Source: an uncultured Clostridia bacterium
GTDB taxonomy: Bacteria > Bacillota > Clostridia > TANB77 > CAG-508
NCBI GenBank assembly: GCA_944389745.1
Contig: CALXNM010000005.1
Location: forward strand, 8,078-72,077
Length of the DNA: 64,000 bases
Direction: 5' to 3'
Below the pieces are notes generated by a model that was not told the DNA's origin, made no database searches, and saw only the letters and a program-made list of their open reading frames with translations. Below, one piece after another: positions 51,008 through 60,069 of this stretch (position 1 is its first letter; every line of letters begins with the position of its first letter). A program made the translations under genes and the position numbers.

Positions 51008-53992
51008 ATGAACAATAAAGTAGAAAGTTTTAGAAGACTATTATTTATATTAGTTGTTTTATTAGTATTAGCTTTTTCAAATAAAGTATATGCTATAGGA
51101 ACACTAACTGTTGTAGAGCAAACAGAAGAATACAAGGAATATACAGAACTAAGTGATGAAGAAAAGAAAAATGTATTGCCACCAAAGCAATATAATATAA
51201 TTGCGCCTCAATCAACTTCTACTTATTTAAATCGAATGAATAATTTATTTAAACTTACTGATATACTAGAAGATTCTTTAGATAAAGAATATGATTTAAG
51301 AAATATAATTCTAAATAATGTTAAAGTAAGAGACCAAATGCAAACAGATTCATGTTGGGCTTTTGCAGGAATAGGTATGCTAGAAAGTAGCTTAGGAATG
51401 AATGATTATAAATTGAAAAATACTCAAAACATATATGATTTCTCAGAAAGACACATGTTCTATGCGTCAAAAAGGAGTTTTTTTAATAATAATCAAGTTA
51501 ATGAATATGGATACACCACAGACCATTCTGGAGGAAACTTTAATGAAGTAAGAAACTACTTTACTAATGGAATGGGAGCCATAGAAGAACCTGATATGCC
51601 ATTTGAAAATAATGAGGAGTATATCAATCTTTCAGAAATACAAAATAAAGATACTGTAACTACTTTATATGATACAATTGAATTTGAAGATGTAGATGAT
51701 ATTGGGAAAACACAGCTTATGGCAAAAATGAAACAAACAATATCTAACTATGGGGGAATATTTGCAGGAGTTCATGGAGCACAATTAATGTCAGATGCAT
51801 ATAACAATTCAACAGGAGCAATATATTGTGACCCTAACGATGTAGAAAATTCTTATACAATGAATCATGCAGTTGTAATAATTGGTTGGGACGACAATTA
51901 TAGTAAAGATAATTTTAATGAAGCACATAGACCTTCAAGCAATGGTGCATGGATAGTAAAAAATTCATGGGGAGACAAATTAACTACTAATTTGTTACAA
52001 CAAAAACAAACACTATATGATAGATATACTGAACAATATAACGAAAAAGGTTGGTATTCTGCTGAGCAAATACCAGATGACTATATAATACAATTATATG
52101 TTGCAAATGGATATGGAGAAGGCAAAGTCTCTATAGAAGGAGAAAATATAGTTGTTGAAGTCGGAGACCAAGGCTATATGTATATTTCATATGAAGATAA
52201 AAATATATACAGTAATTTATATGGAGTAGCAAAAGCTTCAAATGAAAAGGACTATGATAAATTATATCAACATGACAAAATTGCAGCAAATATACCAATA
52301 AGTTATACAGCTAATTCAGGATATATAGCTAATAAATTTACAAGAGACTCAGGCAAAACAGAATATTTAGATAAAGTAAGTTTTTATACATATCAAGAAG
52401 TTACATGTGAGGTATATGTAAATTCAGAAGATGGAGATTTAATAAATACAAAATTAAATAAAGTAAATTTAAAAAATGGTAGCAGTATCACAGTAGAGCC
52501 AGGTTATCATACATTAGAATTTGCAGAGCCAGTTCAATTAACAGGAAGCTCATTTGTTGTAGCTTTACATATATCCACAACAGAAGGCAATATAACATTT
52601 ACAGCAGAAACTAAACTAACAGATGAAAATGTGGATGTTGGAGCAAATAGAAGCTTCTTTACAGATGATAATAATTTCCAAGTAAATGATTGGAATGATT
52701 TAGGAACTTATTCAGACGAAAATGTGAGAGGTAACTTGTCAATAAAAGCATATACAGATAATGAATTGCCAGTTGCAACTTTGGAAAAAATAGAAGTAAC
52801 AACACCACCAAATAAAACAGAATATACAGAGGGAGAATCATTTGATAAAACAGGAATGGTAGTAACTGCAAGCTATAGTAACTCTAGCTCAAAAGAGATA
52901 ACAAATTATGAAATAGTTGATGGAAGTAATTTATATTACGGTCAACAATATGTAACAGCAGTATATAAAGAAGACGGAACAATCAAAACAGCAACTCAAA
53001 CAATTACAGTAAACAAAAAAGATGTATCTGGTGATGTAAATGTAACTGATGTAAAAATAGCAAAACTTCCTAATAAATTAAAATATATACAAAATGAAGA
53101 AGAATTAGACTTAGAAGGAGGTCTTTTAGAGGTAACATATAGTGATGGCAAAGTAATTCAAATAGATATGAGATCTAGTGCAGTTGTTGTTACAGGATTT
53201 GATAATACAAAACTTGGAAAACAAACAATAGTGGTAACATGCTCAAACAGACAACTTACTTTTGAAGTAGAAGTTGTACAAAAAGATGAGCCAGAAAATC
53301 CAGAGAATCCAAGAGAACCTGATAATCCAGATAACCCTGAAAATCCTGGTGAGCAAGTAACACCAGTATTATCAGACCTCACTAATATGAGAACAGAATA
53401 TCGTCAAGCATTAATATATCTATACTCTAATGATGAAGAATCATATATAGATTTTACAATACAAGTTTCTAACATTGTAAATGGTAGTGACCAAACTAAT
53501 TATACATACTATTATTACTTCTCAGGAACAGACTCAAATGAAAATATAGATAATTGGACAAAAATAGAAAATCCTGAAATAAACATGGCAAATGATGGAA
53601 CAAAAACATTAACTTTTAAAGTAAATAGCAAAGATATACCTAATTTTAGCCAAATATCAGCAAGTACAAGCCTATATTTATATCTAAGAGAAGATGCTGA
53701 AGCCTCAGGAGAAACATTAAGCCAAACAGTAGTAGATGAAGTTGAAAAAACAGAAAACACAGTAGTAAAAATATATAATGATGAAGAAGAAGTAGGTTCA
53801 ATAGATGATGTAATAAATATATCAGGAAATAATTACAATAGTGCTGATACCAATGGCTCAGATGGAGTAGATAATACAGTGGCAAAAGGAATTCTACCAC
53901 AAGCAGGTATAATAACAATAGGAATAGCAATAATTGTATTGGTAGGATTTGGAATATACATATTCATACGTCATAGAAATATTGATAAATAA
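51008..53992 (+). CDS. cell-surface C1 (papain-like) cysteine peptidase with Ig-like repeats and an LPxTG-like anchor
   Basis: Signal peptide. QTDSCWAFAG (Cys), NHAVVIIGWDD (His), VKNSWG. Repeated PNK(T/L)xY..GE..D..G..V.A.YS modules. PENPENP linker. C-terminal LPQAG, TM helix and RHRN tail. Confidence 0.85.
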   Translation: MNNKVESFRRLLFILVVLLVLAFSNKVYAIGTLTVVEQTEEYKEYTELSDEEKKNVLPPKQYNIIAPQSTSTYLNRMNNLFKLTDILEDSLDKEYDLRNIILNNVKVRDQMQTDSCWAFAGIGMLESSLGMNDYKLKNTQNIYDFSERHMFYASKRSFFNNNQVNEYGYTTDHSGGNFNEVRNYFTNGMGAIEEPDMPFENNEEYINLSEIQNKDTVTTLYDTIEFEDVDDIGKTQLMAKMKQTISNYGGIFAGVHGAQLMSDAYNNSTGAIYCDPNDVENSYTMNHAVVIIGWDDNYSKDNFNEAHRPSSNGAWIVKNSWGDKLTTNLLQQKQTLYDRYTEQYNEKGWYSAEQIPDDYIIQLYVANGYGEGKVSIEGENIVVEVGDQGYMYISYEDKNIYSNLYGVAKASNEKDYDKLYQHDKIAANIPISYTANSGYIANKFTRDSGKTEYLDKVSFYTYQEVTCEVYVNSEDGDLINTKLNKVNLKNGSSITVEPGYHTLEFAEPVQLTGSSFVVALHISTTEGNITFTAETKLTDENVDVGANRSFFTDDNNFQVNDWNDLGTYSDENVRGNLSIKAYTDNELPVATLEKIEVTTPPNKTEYTEGESFDKTGMVVTASYSNSSSKEITNYEIVDGSNLYYGQQYVTAVYKEDGTIKTATQTITVNKKDVSGDVNVTDVKIAKLPNKLKYIQNEEELDLEGGLLEVTYSDGKVIQIDMRSSAVVVTGFDNTKLGKQTIVVTCSNRQLTFEVEVVQKDEPENPENPREPDNPDNPENPGEQVTPVLSDLTNMRTEYRQALIYLYSNDEESYIDFTIQVSNIVNGSDQTNYTYYYYFSGTDSNENIDNWTKIENPEINMANDGTKTLTFKVNSKDIPNFSQISASTSLYLYLREDAEASGETLSQTVVDEVEKTENTVVKIYNDEEEVGSIDDVINISGNNYNSADTNGSDGVDNTVAKGILPQAGIITIGIAIIVLVGFGIYIFIRHRNIDK

Positions 53993-54044
53993 ACTAATAG
54001 CAAACTATTGACATAATATAATTTACGGGTGTATAATAAGAAAT

Positions 54045-54277
54045 GTATTAAAAAATAAAAACATAAATGAGAAAAAGTAAAATAAAGGTTATTTACAGAG
54101 AGGAGTAGTTATAAGCTGAAAGCTATTCTAAATAAACATATTTGAAAAACTACCTCATTGTTTCTAGCAAAACTAGACGTACACTTGCGTTAAAAGTTAA
54201 TTAAGTTAAATAAAGGGTGGAACCGTGTAATATATGCACCCCTCTATAGTTAATAGCTATGGAGGGGCGCTTTTTTT
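54045..54277 (+). promoter_or_regulatory. T-box leader (Thr specifier) with terminator, upstream of thrS
   Basis: Promoter TTGACA (54008)-18-TATAAT. Stem I elements AGAGAG (54097) and GCTGAAAGC. ACT-ACC Thr codons at 54149..54154. T-box sequence AGGGTGGAACCGTG at about 54213..54227. Terminator CCCCTCTATAG/CTATGGAGGGG followed by T7. Confidence 0.8.
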
Positions 54278-54311
54278 AGGTGATATCTTATAAAAAGAAA
54301 GGATGGTTTTT

Positions 54312-56222
54312 ATGAAAATTACTTTAAAAGATGGCTCTGTAAAAGAAGTAAAACAAGGAATCAGTGTTTTAGAGTTAGCAAAAGAAATAAGCGAAGGATT
54401 AGCAAGAATGGCAACTTGTGCAAAAGTTAATGGAAAAGTAAGAGATTTAAGATATGAAATTAATGAAGATTCAGAGGTTGAAATTTGTACTTTTGAAAAT
54501 AGTGAAGATGGTAAAAAAGCATATTGGCATACAACAGCTCACATTATGGCACAAGCTATAAAAAGAATATATGGTGATGATGTAAAATTAACAATAGGAC
54601 CTGCTATAGATAAAGGTTTCTATTATGATTTTGATGTTAAAGAAAATATATCTTCAGATGATTTTGAAAAAATAGAAGCTGAAATGAAAAAAATAATAAA
54701 AGAAGACTTACCAATAGAAAGATATACACTTCCAAGAGATGAAGCTATAAAATTTATGAAAGAAAAGAATGAAGACTATAAAGTAGAATTAATAGAAGAA
54801 CTTACAGAAGGAGAAGAAATATCATTCTATAAACAAGGTGAATTTACAGACCTATGTGCTGGTCCGCATTTAATGAGTACAGGAAAAGTAAAAGCAATAA
54901 AAATACTTTCTTCTTCAGGTGCTTATTGGAGAGGCGATGAGCACAATAAAATGCTACAAAGATTTTATGGAATATCATATCCTAAAGCTAGCCAGCTAGA
55001 AGAATATTTGAACATGTTAGAAGAAGCTAAAAAACGTGATCATAAAAAACTAGGAAAAGAATTAGAACTATTTATGATAGCACCAGAAGGACCTGGATTT
55101 CCATTTTTCTTACCAAAAGGAATGGTATTAAGAAATGTTCTAGAAGATTTCTGGAGAGATATTCATAGAAAAAACGGATATGTAGAAATAAAAACTCCTA
55201 TGATATTAAACGAAGAATTATGGCATCGTTCAGGACATTGGGACCACTATAAAGAAAATATGTATACAACAAAAATAGATGGTGTAGATTATGGAATAAA
55301 ACCAATGAACTGCCCAGGAGGAATGCTTGTTTACAAGAGTAAAATGCATTCATACAAAGATTTACCAATAAGAGCAGGAGAACTTGGATTAGTTCATAGA
55401 CATGAAAAATCAGGAGAACTAAATGGTTTATTTAGAGTAAGATGCTTCACACAAGATGATGCGCATATCTTCTGTTTACCAAGTCAAATTGAATCTGAAA
55501 TAGCAGGAATAATGAAACTTGTAGATGAAGTATATAGCATATTTGGATTTGAATATACAGTAGAACTTTCTACAAGACCAGATGATTCAATGGGATCTGA
55601 TGAACAATGGGAAATGGCTGAAGGAGCATTAAAGAAAGTACTTAAAGATATGGAAATGCCATATGAAATAAATGAAGGAGACGGAGCTTTTTACGGACCA
55701 AAGATTGACTTCCATATTAAAGATTCATTAGGACGTGAATGGCAATGTGGTACAATACAATTAGACTTCCAAATGCCAGAAAGATTTGATTTAACATATA
55801 TAGGAGAAGATGGAGAAAAACATAGACCAGTTATGCTTCACAGAGTTATATTTGGAAGTATAGAAAGATTTATTGGTGTATTAATAGAAAACTATGCAGG
55901 AGCATTCCCAACATGGCTAGCACCAGTACAAGTAGAAATACTACCAATTGCAGATGCGCACAATGAGTATGCAAATGAAGTAAAAGCAAAACTAGAAGAT
56001 GTTGGTATAAGAGTAGAAGTAGATAGTAGAAATGAAAAAATAGGATATAAAATAAGAGAAGCACAACTACAAAAAATACCATATATGTTAGTCTTAGGAG
56101 ATAAAGAAAAAGAAGCAGGAACAGTTGGTGTACGTTCTAGAAAAGATGGAGATATTGGAGCAATGGATTTAGATGAATTCATAGCAAAAATAGTAGAAGA
56201 AATAGATACATTTGCAAAATAA
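54312..56222 (+). CDS. thrS: threonine--tRNA ligase
   Basis: TGS N-terminus (KITLKDGS), editing domain (HTTAHIMAQA), class II core (FRVRCFTQDDAHIF) and anticodon-binding domain. ATG 54312 is preferred over 54303. Confidence 0.96.
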   Translation: MKITLKDGSVKEVKQGISVLELAKEISEGLARMATCAKVNGKVRDLRYEINEDSEVEICTFENSEDGKKAYWHTTAHIMAQAIKRIYGDDVKLTIGPAIDKGFYYDFDVKENISSDDFEKIEAEMKKIIKEDLPIERYTLPRDEAIKFMKEKNEDYKVELIEELTEGEEISFYKQGEFTDLCAGPHLMSTGKVKAIKILSSSGAYWRGDEHNKMLQRFYGISYPKASQLEEYLNMLEEAKKRDHKKLGKELELFMIAPEGPGFPFFLPKGMVLRNVLEDFWRDIHRKNGYVEIKTPMILNEELWHRSGHWDHYKENMYTTKIDGVDYGIKPMNCPGGMLVYKSKMHSYKDLPIRAGELGLVHRHEKSGELNGLFRVRCFTQDDAHIFCLPSQIESEIAGIMKLVDEVYSIFGFEYTVELSTRPDDSMGSDEQWEMAEGALKKVLKDMEMPYEINEGDGAFYGPKIDFHIKDSLGREWQCGTIQLDFQMPERFDLTYIGEDGEKHRPVMLHRVIFGSIERFIGVLIENYAGAFPTWLAPVQVEILPIADAHNEYANEVKAKLEDVGIRVEVDSRNEKIGYKIREAQLQKIPYMLVLGDKEKEAGTVGVRSRKDGDIGAMDLDEFIAKIVEEIDTFAK

Positions 56223-56258
56223 AATAAAAAAACAGAAATTAACATAAAACACAAAAGG

Positions 56259-56292
56259 CAGGCGTGTAAATAAATCAAACACGTCTGTTTTT
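56259..56292 (+). terminator. thrS rho-independent terminator
   Basis: CAGGCGTGT ... ACACGTCTG stem followed by TTTTT. Confidence 0.75.
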
Positions 56293-56300
56293 GCTTAAAT

Positions 56301-56329
56301 TTGAGAAAAAGCTCAAAATGTGCTATAAT
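56301..56329 (+). promoter_or_regulatory. near-consensus sigmaA promoter of cassette D
   Basis: TTGAGA (56301..56306), 17-nt spacer, TGcTATAAT (hexamer 56324..56329). Confidence 0.6.
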
Positions 56330-56374
56330 TAAAGAGTAAACCGTTTTACTAAACAACCGAAAGGAGTATGCTAC

Positions 56375-57286
56375 ATGAAAGTAACGGACACCCTGGAATT
56401 TCCTGACATGCAGGAAATTCTGGAAAAAGCGCACAACATCGATGATGTTTGGGATGCGCTTATCGCATGGTTCAGTGAGGACCCCAACGATCTGGAGAAG
56501 GTCGCATGTGCTAACAAGCTCATCGAGTTTAACAACATGCGGAATTCGGACCTGGTCATTAAGCTTGATCAAGATGTTAGTGAAATCAAAGATGTCCTTC
56601 GTGGGATATCGAGACGATACGGACACACGATCACCGTAACCAGGCGCCAGAAAGCGTTGATTGGCGTTATTGCCAAGATGGTAATACTCATCCAGCGTGG
56701 AGAGAAGCAAGGCATGAACGTGTTTTCTTCTCTTGAAGGTCTGAAAGATTTTATTGGCATCAGGATTGTTGCCCAGACCGGAAAGAAAGACACGCCGGAG
56801 AGTCAGCAGATGGCTTACGACATCATGAACGAGGTACTGAGGTTCCTCGTTGTCGAGAAGAAGAATACTCTTTCGACTGTCCTCCAAGACAGAACTGTCA
56901 GAGAACTGAAAGGCGTCTTAATTCCAGAGCAATCTGGAGTATGGGATGTCTTCAAGGACAACGTGAAGGATTACTTCTACTATGCCAAGCCAAATGGCTA
57001 TCAGTGCCTGCACGCTGTTCCTATGGGACCTGACCAGCAAACTGTAGAGATTCAGGTGAGGACTCAAGAAGCCGAAGTTCGAGCAGAGTATGCGGAAGCA
57101 ACTAGCCATGAGGCTCACAGGCTGCTTCGATATGAAGGCTTCGAGGTTCCGGTTGACCTGTCTAAGGTTGACATCGAAGGAGTAACCGTGGTTGACTTTG
57201 GGGGAGAGACCTCGCTTACGGGAGTTACCATCTACGACAGGGTTGGACTTGTCCACGCTGTTGACCCGCTGAACCTTCTGCGATAA
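56375..57286 (+). CDS. foreign-composition cassette D: stand-alone RelA/SpoT-homologue nucleotidyltransferase (SAS/toxSAS-like), 303 aa
   Basis: Synthetase motifs align by eye with the native Rel in this window: TRRQKALIGVIAKM, DFIGIRIV (56747..56764), KDYFYYAKPNGYQCLH, VEIQVRTQEAEVRAEY (E225 at 57047). No HD, TGS or ACT region. AAGGAG SD lies 8 nt before the ATG. Hand-counted GC is 47-52%. Confidence 0.85.
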   Translation: MKVTDTLEFPDMQEILEKAHNIDDVWDALIAWFSEDPNDLEKVACANKLIEFNNMRNSDLVIKLDQDVSEIKDVLRGISRRYGHTITVTRRQKALIGVIAKMVILIQRGEKQGMNVFSSLEGLKDFIGIRIVAQTGKKDTPESQQMAYDIMNEVLRFLVVEKKNTLSTVLQDRTVRELKGVLIPEQSGVWDVFKDNVKDYFYYAKPNGYQCLHAVPMGPDQQTVEIQVRTQEAEVRAEYAEATSHEAHRLLRYEGFEVPVDLSKVDIEGVTVVDFGGETSLTGVTIYDRVGLVHAVDPLNLLR

Positions 57287-57292
57287 CGGTTA

Positions 57293-57332
57293 GCGACCGC
57301 CCGGGGGTACTTCCCTGGGCAGTTGCTTTTTT
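57293..57332 (+). terminator. GC-rich rho-independent terminator of cassette D
   Basis: GCGACCGCCCGGGGG-TACT-TCCCTGGGCAGTTGC (with G-U pairs) followed by TTTTTT. Confidence 0.75.
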
Positions 57333-57451
57333 ATTTCTTATTACCATCATCTGAAATAAATTTCATAAAACTCTTTTTTAATATAGAATAATGTAAAAAC
57401 TTATGATATAATACAGTACGAAAAAATAAGAATTATTGAAGGAGGTAAATT

Positions 57452-59977
57452 ATGGCTAGAACTGCTAAAACTACGAACAAAACAGAGGCTACAGAAGAAA
57501 TAGAAACTACAAAGACCTCAAAGACTACAAAGACCAAAAAGGCTGAGAGTACCGCAAAAACTACAAAAAGAACCACTAAAACAGCCAATAAAGCAGCGGC
57601 GAAAACAACAACTAAAACAGAACCAGAAAATGAAGTAGATAACAAATTAAAATATATCGGACTAAATTTAAATAGAATTCCAGCATTTTTAAAAGAGCAT
57701 GAAAGCCTAAATTTCAGACCTTCTAAATCATATGATGATACAATTTATAAAGTATATAGATATGTTAATATAAAAAATATAGAAATTTTGATAACTCCAC
57801 GTGATAGATTAACAGATTTAAAAGAAAAATATAAATTAGCAAGTCCAATTCGTGACTATTTAGATAAGAAAAACATAGAAAATGCTGAAAAGCATGAAGA
57901 TTTTATGAAGCTTGTTGAAACTATTAATGAAAAGAGAATAGAAGAAATAGCTAAAGAACAAGAAGAATTAAATGAAAAAATACCATATGAGGTTAAATAT
58001 CCTAATAACTATATATGGCAAATATATTATTCTGATTATGCAAAAAAATATTTTATGCTTGCAACAACTAAAGAGCAAGATAATAATGCTATGTTTTATT
58101 TGTTAAAAGAACAAATAGCAAATACAAGATCAAGAAAAGGAAAATATATTTTTGTTCCAATAAGTCATTTAGAATATTCAGGGTTATTTTTAACAAAATC
58201 AGAAATTTCAGATGTAGAAAATTATTTATGGTATTTTACAAAAGAATGGCCAAATGTATATGAAATATTTGACAAAGATAATAATTTATTTATAAAAATC
58301 GTGGGAGTTACAAATATATATGACAAAATAAAGACAACATATAGTATATATTTAGATTCAAAAGAAGAAGCACTAAATTTTTACAAATTATTAAAAGCAA
58401 TGTTCATATTAGCTACAGGTGCAAAAGAAGAATTTAAATTTGTAACTAAAATAAATGCAGATGGACAGATAGAATTTTGGCATAAAGATCATTTAGTAAA
58501 ATATGAAAATCTTTCAGAATACATAAAATTAGAGTACCTAGATAAAATTGATAGACTAAAAAAAGAAGTTAAAGACGGAGCAGAGTTAGAAAGAAAGTTA
58601 AGTAAATTTAAAGTTGTTATAGAAGAATTAACCCAAGATTATTTACAAAGACAAAGACAAATAGCAACATTTCTTGAATGTAAAAAAACATTCTTTGGAA
58701 AAGTAAAATATTTCTTTAAAAAGAAAAAAGATAATAAAGATATTAGAACTCTGAAAGAGCAAAGACCACTAAGCAGAAGAGAAGAAAGTAAAACTAAAAA
58801 TGATGAATCAAAAGACGAAACATTAAAAGAGTTATATGCATTAAAACAACAATACACAATAGAAGATTTAATAAATATATGCACAAAATTAGAAGAAGTA
58901 GTTAAGAAAAATACAAATTTAAAATTAGATATTAAAGCTATAGAAACAAAAAAAGATATATTAACTAAAAAGATTGATAATGCCGATTTATATATAAAAG
59001 AAATAGATAAACACAAAAAGAGTATTTTTGAATTTTGGAAATTTACAAGTAAAGATGAAGTACAAACCCTAAATGAAGCCGAAGAACAAGAAAAAACAGA
59101 ACATACTAAAATGAGAAAATACTTTGATTATAAAGATGATTTAGAAGATTTAGGAAAAATTGTAGACGAAGTTCAAAGAAGGAAATTATCAAAAAATGAA
59201 ACAGATGCAATATTTGTACTAAAACAAGTACCAGAGTCATTTAAAGAACTAAACAGTGAAAAAGAAACTGATGTTGAAGTATTTGTGGAAAAAGAAGAAG
59301 AAGCAAAACCAAAGAAAAGGACAAGAAAAAAAGAAAATCAATTAGCAACAGACTTAGAAAATCTAAAAAAAGAATATGAAAATGATATAGAAGTAATAAA
59401 CAGCAAAGACTTTGACATATTTGGAGGATTAATAGAAGATAAAACAAAAGTAAAAAGCATTAATAATGAAAAACATAGAGAAATAGAAAAAGACAAATTC
59501 AAAATATTAAATATAAACCTAGACACAGATATAAAAGCATATACAGAAAATTTGGAAAGTTATTTAGCATTAATAAAAGAAGCATTAAATAAAATAAAAT
59601 CACCATATGATATGTCTGTATATTGCATAAATAATAAAAAAACAATTGAGGGAATAAATATATTTAATATGAATCCAAAAGAAGCTTTAAAAGAAGAGCT
59701 ATCTGGAAAAAAATCAAAAATAACACTATGCAAAATAAATATAAAAGAAAATACACCAGCAGTATTTTACAGTAACATTATTTTTTATGACAATTTCAAC
59801 AAAACATTACCAGTTGGAATGAATTTATCATCAGAAATAGTATTAGACGTAAATAAATTAAAATTAGACTTTGTAAAAGAAGATACATTTTATATTAATT
59901 ACAAAGTAAATGAATTTGAATTTGCAACAAAAGAAGTACAAATATATGAATACAATTCAGAATGCAAAAGCAAATAA
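57452..59977 (+). CDS. 841-aa protein of unknown function with a Lys/Thr-rich N-terminus and coiled-coil regions
   Basis: GGAGG SD. N-terminal ~60 aa of KT(T/A)K-type low complexity. Long Lys/Glu-rich helical stretches. No NTPase or nuclease motif recognised. Native AT-rich composition. Confidence 0.75.
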   Translation: MARTAKTTNKTEATEEIETTKTSKTTKTKKAESTAKTTKRTTKTANKAAAKTTTKTEPENEVDNKLKYIGLNLNRIPAFLKEHESLNFRPSKSYDDTIYKVYRYVNIKNIEILITPRDRLTDLKEKYKLASPIRDYLDKKNIENAEKHEDFMKLVETINEKRIEEIAKEQEELNEKIPYEVKYPNNYIWQIYYSDYAKKYFMLATTKEQDNNAMFYLLKEQIANTRSRKGKYIFVPISHLEYSGLFLTKSEISDVENYLWYFTKEWPNVYEIFDKDNNLFIKIVGVTNIYDKIKTTYSIYLDSKEEALNFYKLLKAMFILATGAKEEFKFVTKINADGQIEFWHKDHLVKYENLSEYIKLEYLDKIDRLKKEVKDGAELERKLSKFKVVIEELTQDYLQRQRQIATFLECKKTFFGKVKYFFKKKKDNKDIRTLKEQRPLSRREESKTKNDESKDETLKELYALKQQYTIEDLINICTKLEEVVKKNTNLKLDIKAIETKKDILTKKIDNADLYIKEIDKHKKSIFEFWKFTSKDEVQTLNEAEEQEKTEHTKMRKYFDYKDDLEDLGKIVDEVQRRKLSKNETDAIFVLKQVPESFKELNSEKETDVEVFVEKEEEAKPKKRTRKKENQLATDLENLKKEYENDIEVINSKDFDIFGGLIEDKTKVKSINNEKHREIEKDKFKILNINLDTDIKAYTENLESYLALIKEALNKIKSPYDMSVYCINNKKTIEGINIFNMNPKEALKEELSGKKSKITLCKINIKENTPAVFYSNIIFYDNFNKTLPVGMNLSSEIVLDVNKLKLDFVKEDTFYINYKVNEFEFATKEVQIYEYNSECKSK

Positions 59978-60069
59978 TAAAAAAAGATATATTAAAAGTA
60001 CTCCAGATGTTGGGAAAAGTCCAGCATTTGGAGTACTTTTATGTGATTTGAAAAAAAGATAAAAAAATA

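Noticed and set aside
53283-53345. Short periodic PENPENPREPDNPDNPENP-coding repeat
   Set aside because: It is an in-frame low-complexity linker inside the C1 protease gene, not a CRISPR array or an independent tandem-repeat locus.
55892-56887. 331-aa - strand ORF spanning the thrS 3' end, the intergenic region and the first half of cassette D
   Set aside because: It crosses a terminator and a promoter and is antisense to two well-supported genes. It has no SD. It is an artefact of the stop-poor antisense frame. The same applies to 56918..57256, 56569..56793, 56371..56559 and 56442..56639.
57452-57645. A/C-rich repetitive stretch with a 70-aa antisense ORF (57433..57645)
   Set aside because: It encodes the Lys/Thr-rich N-terminus of the 841-aa protein. 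The antisense ORF is a by-product.
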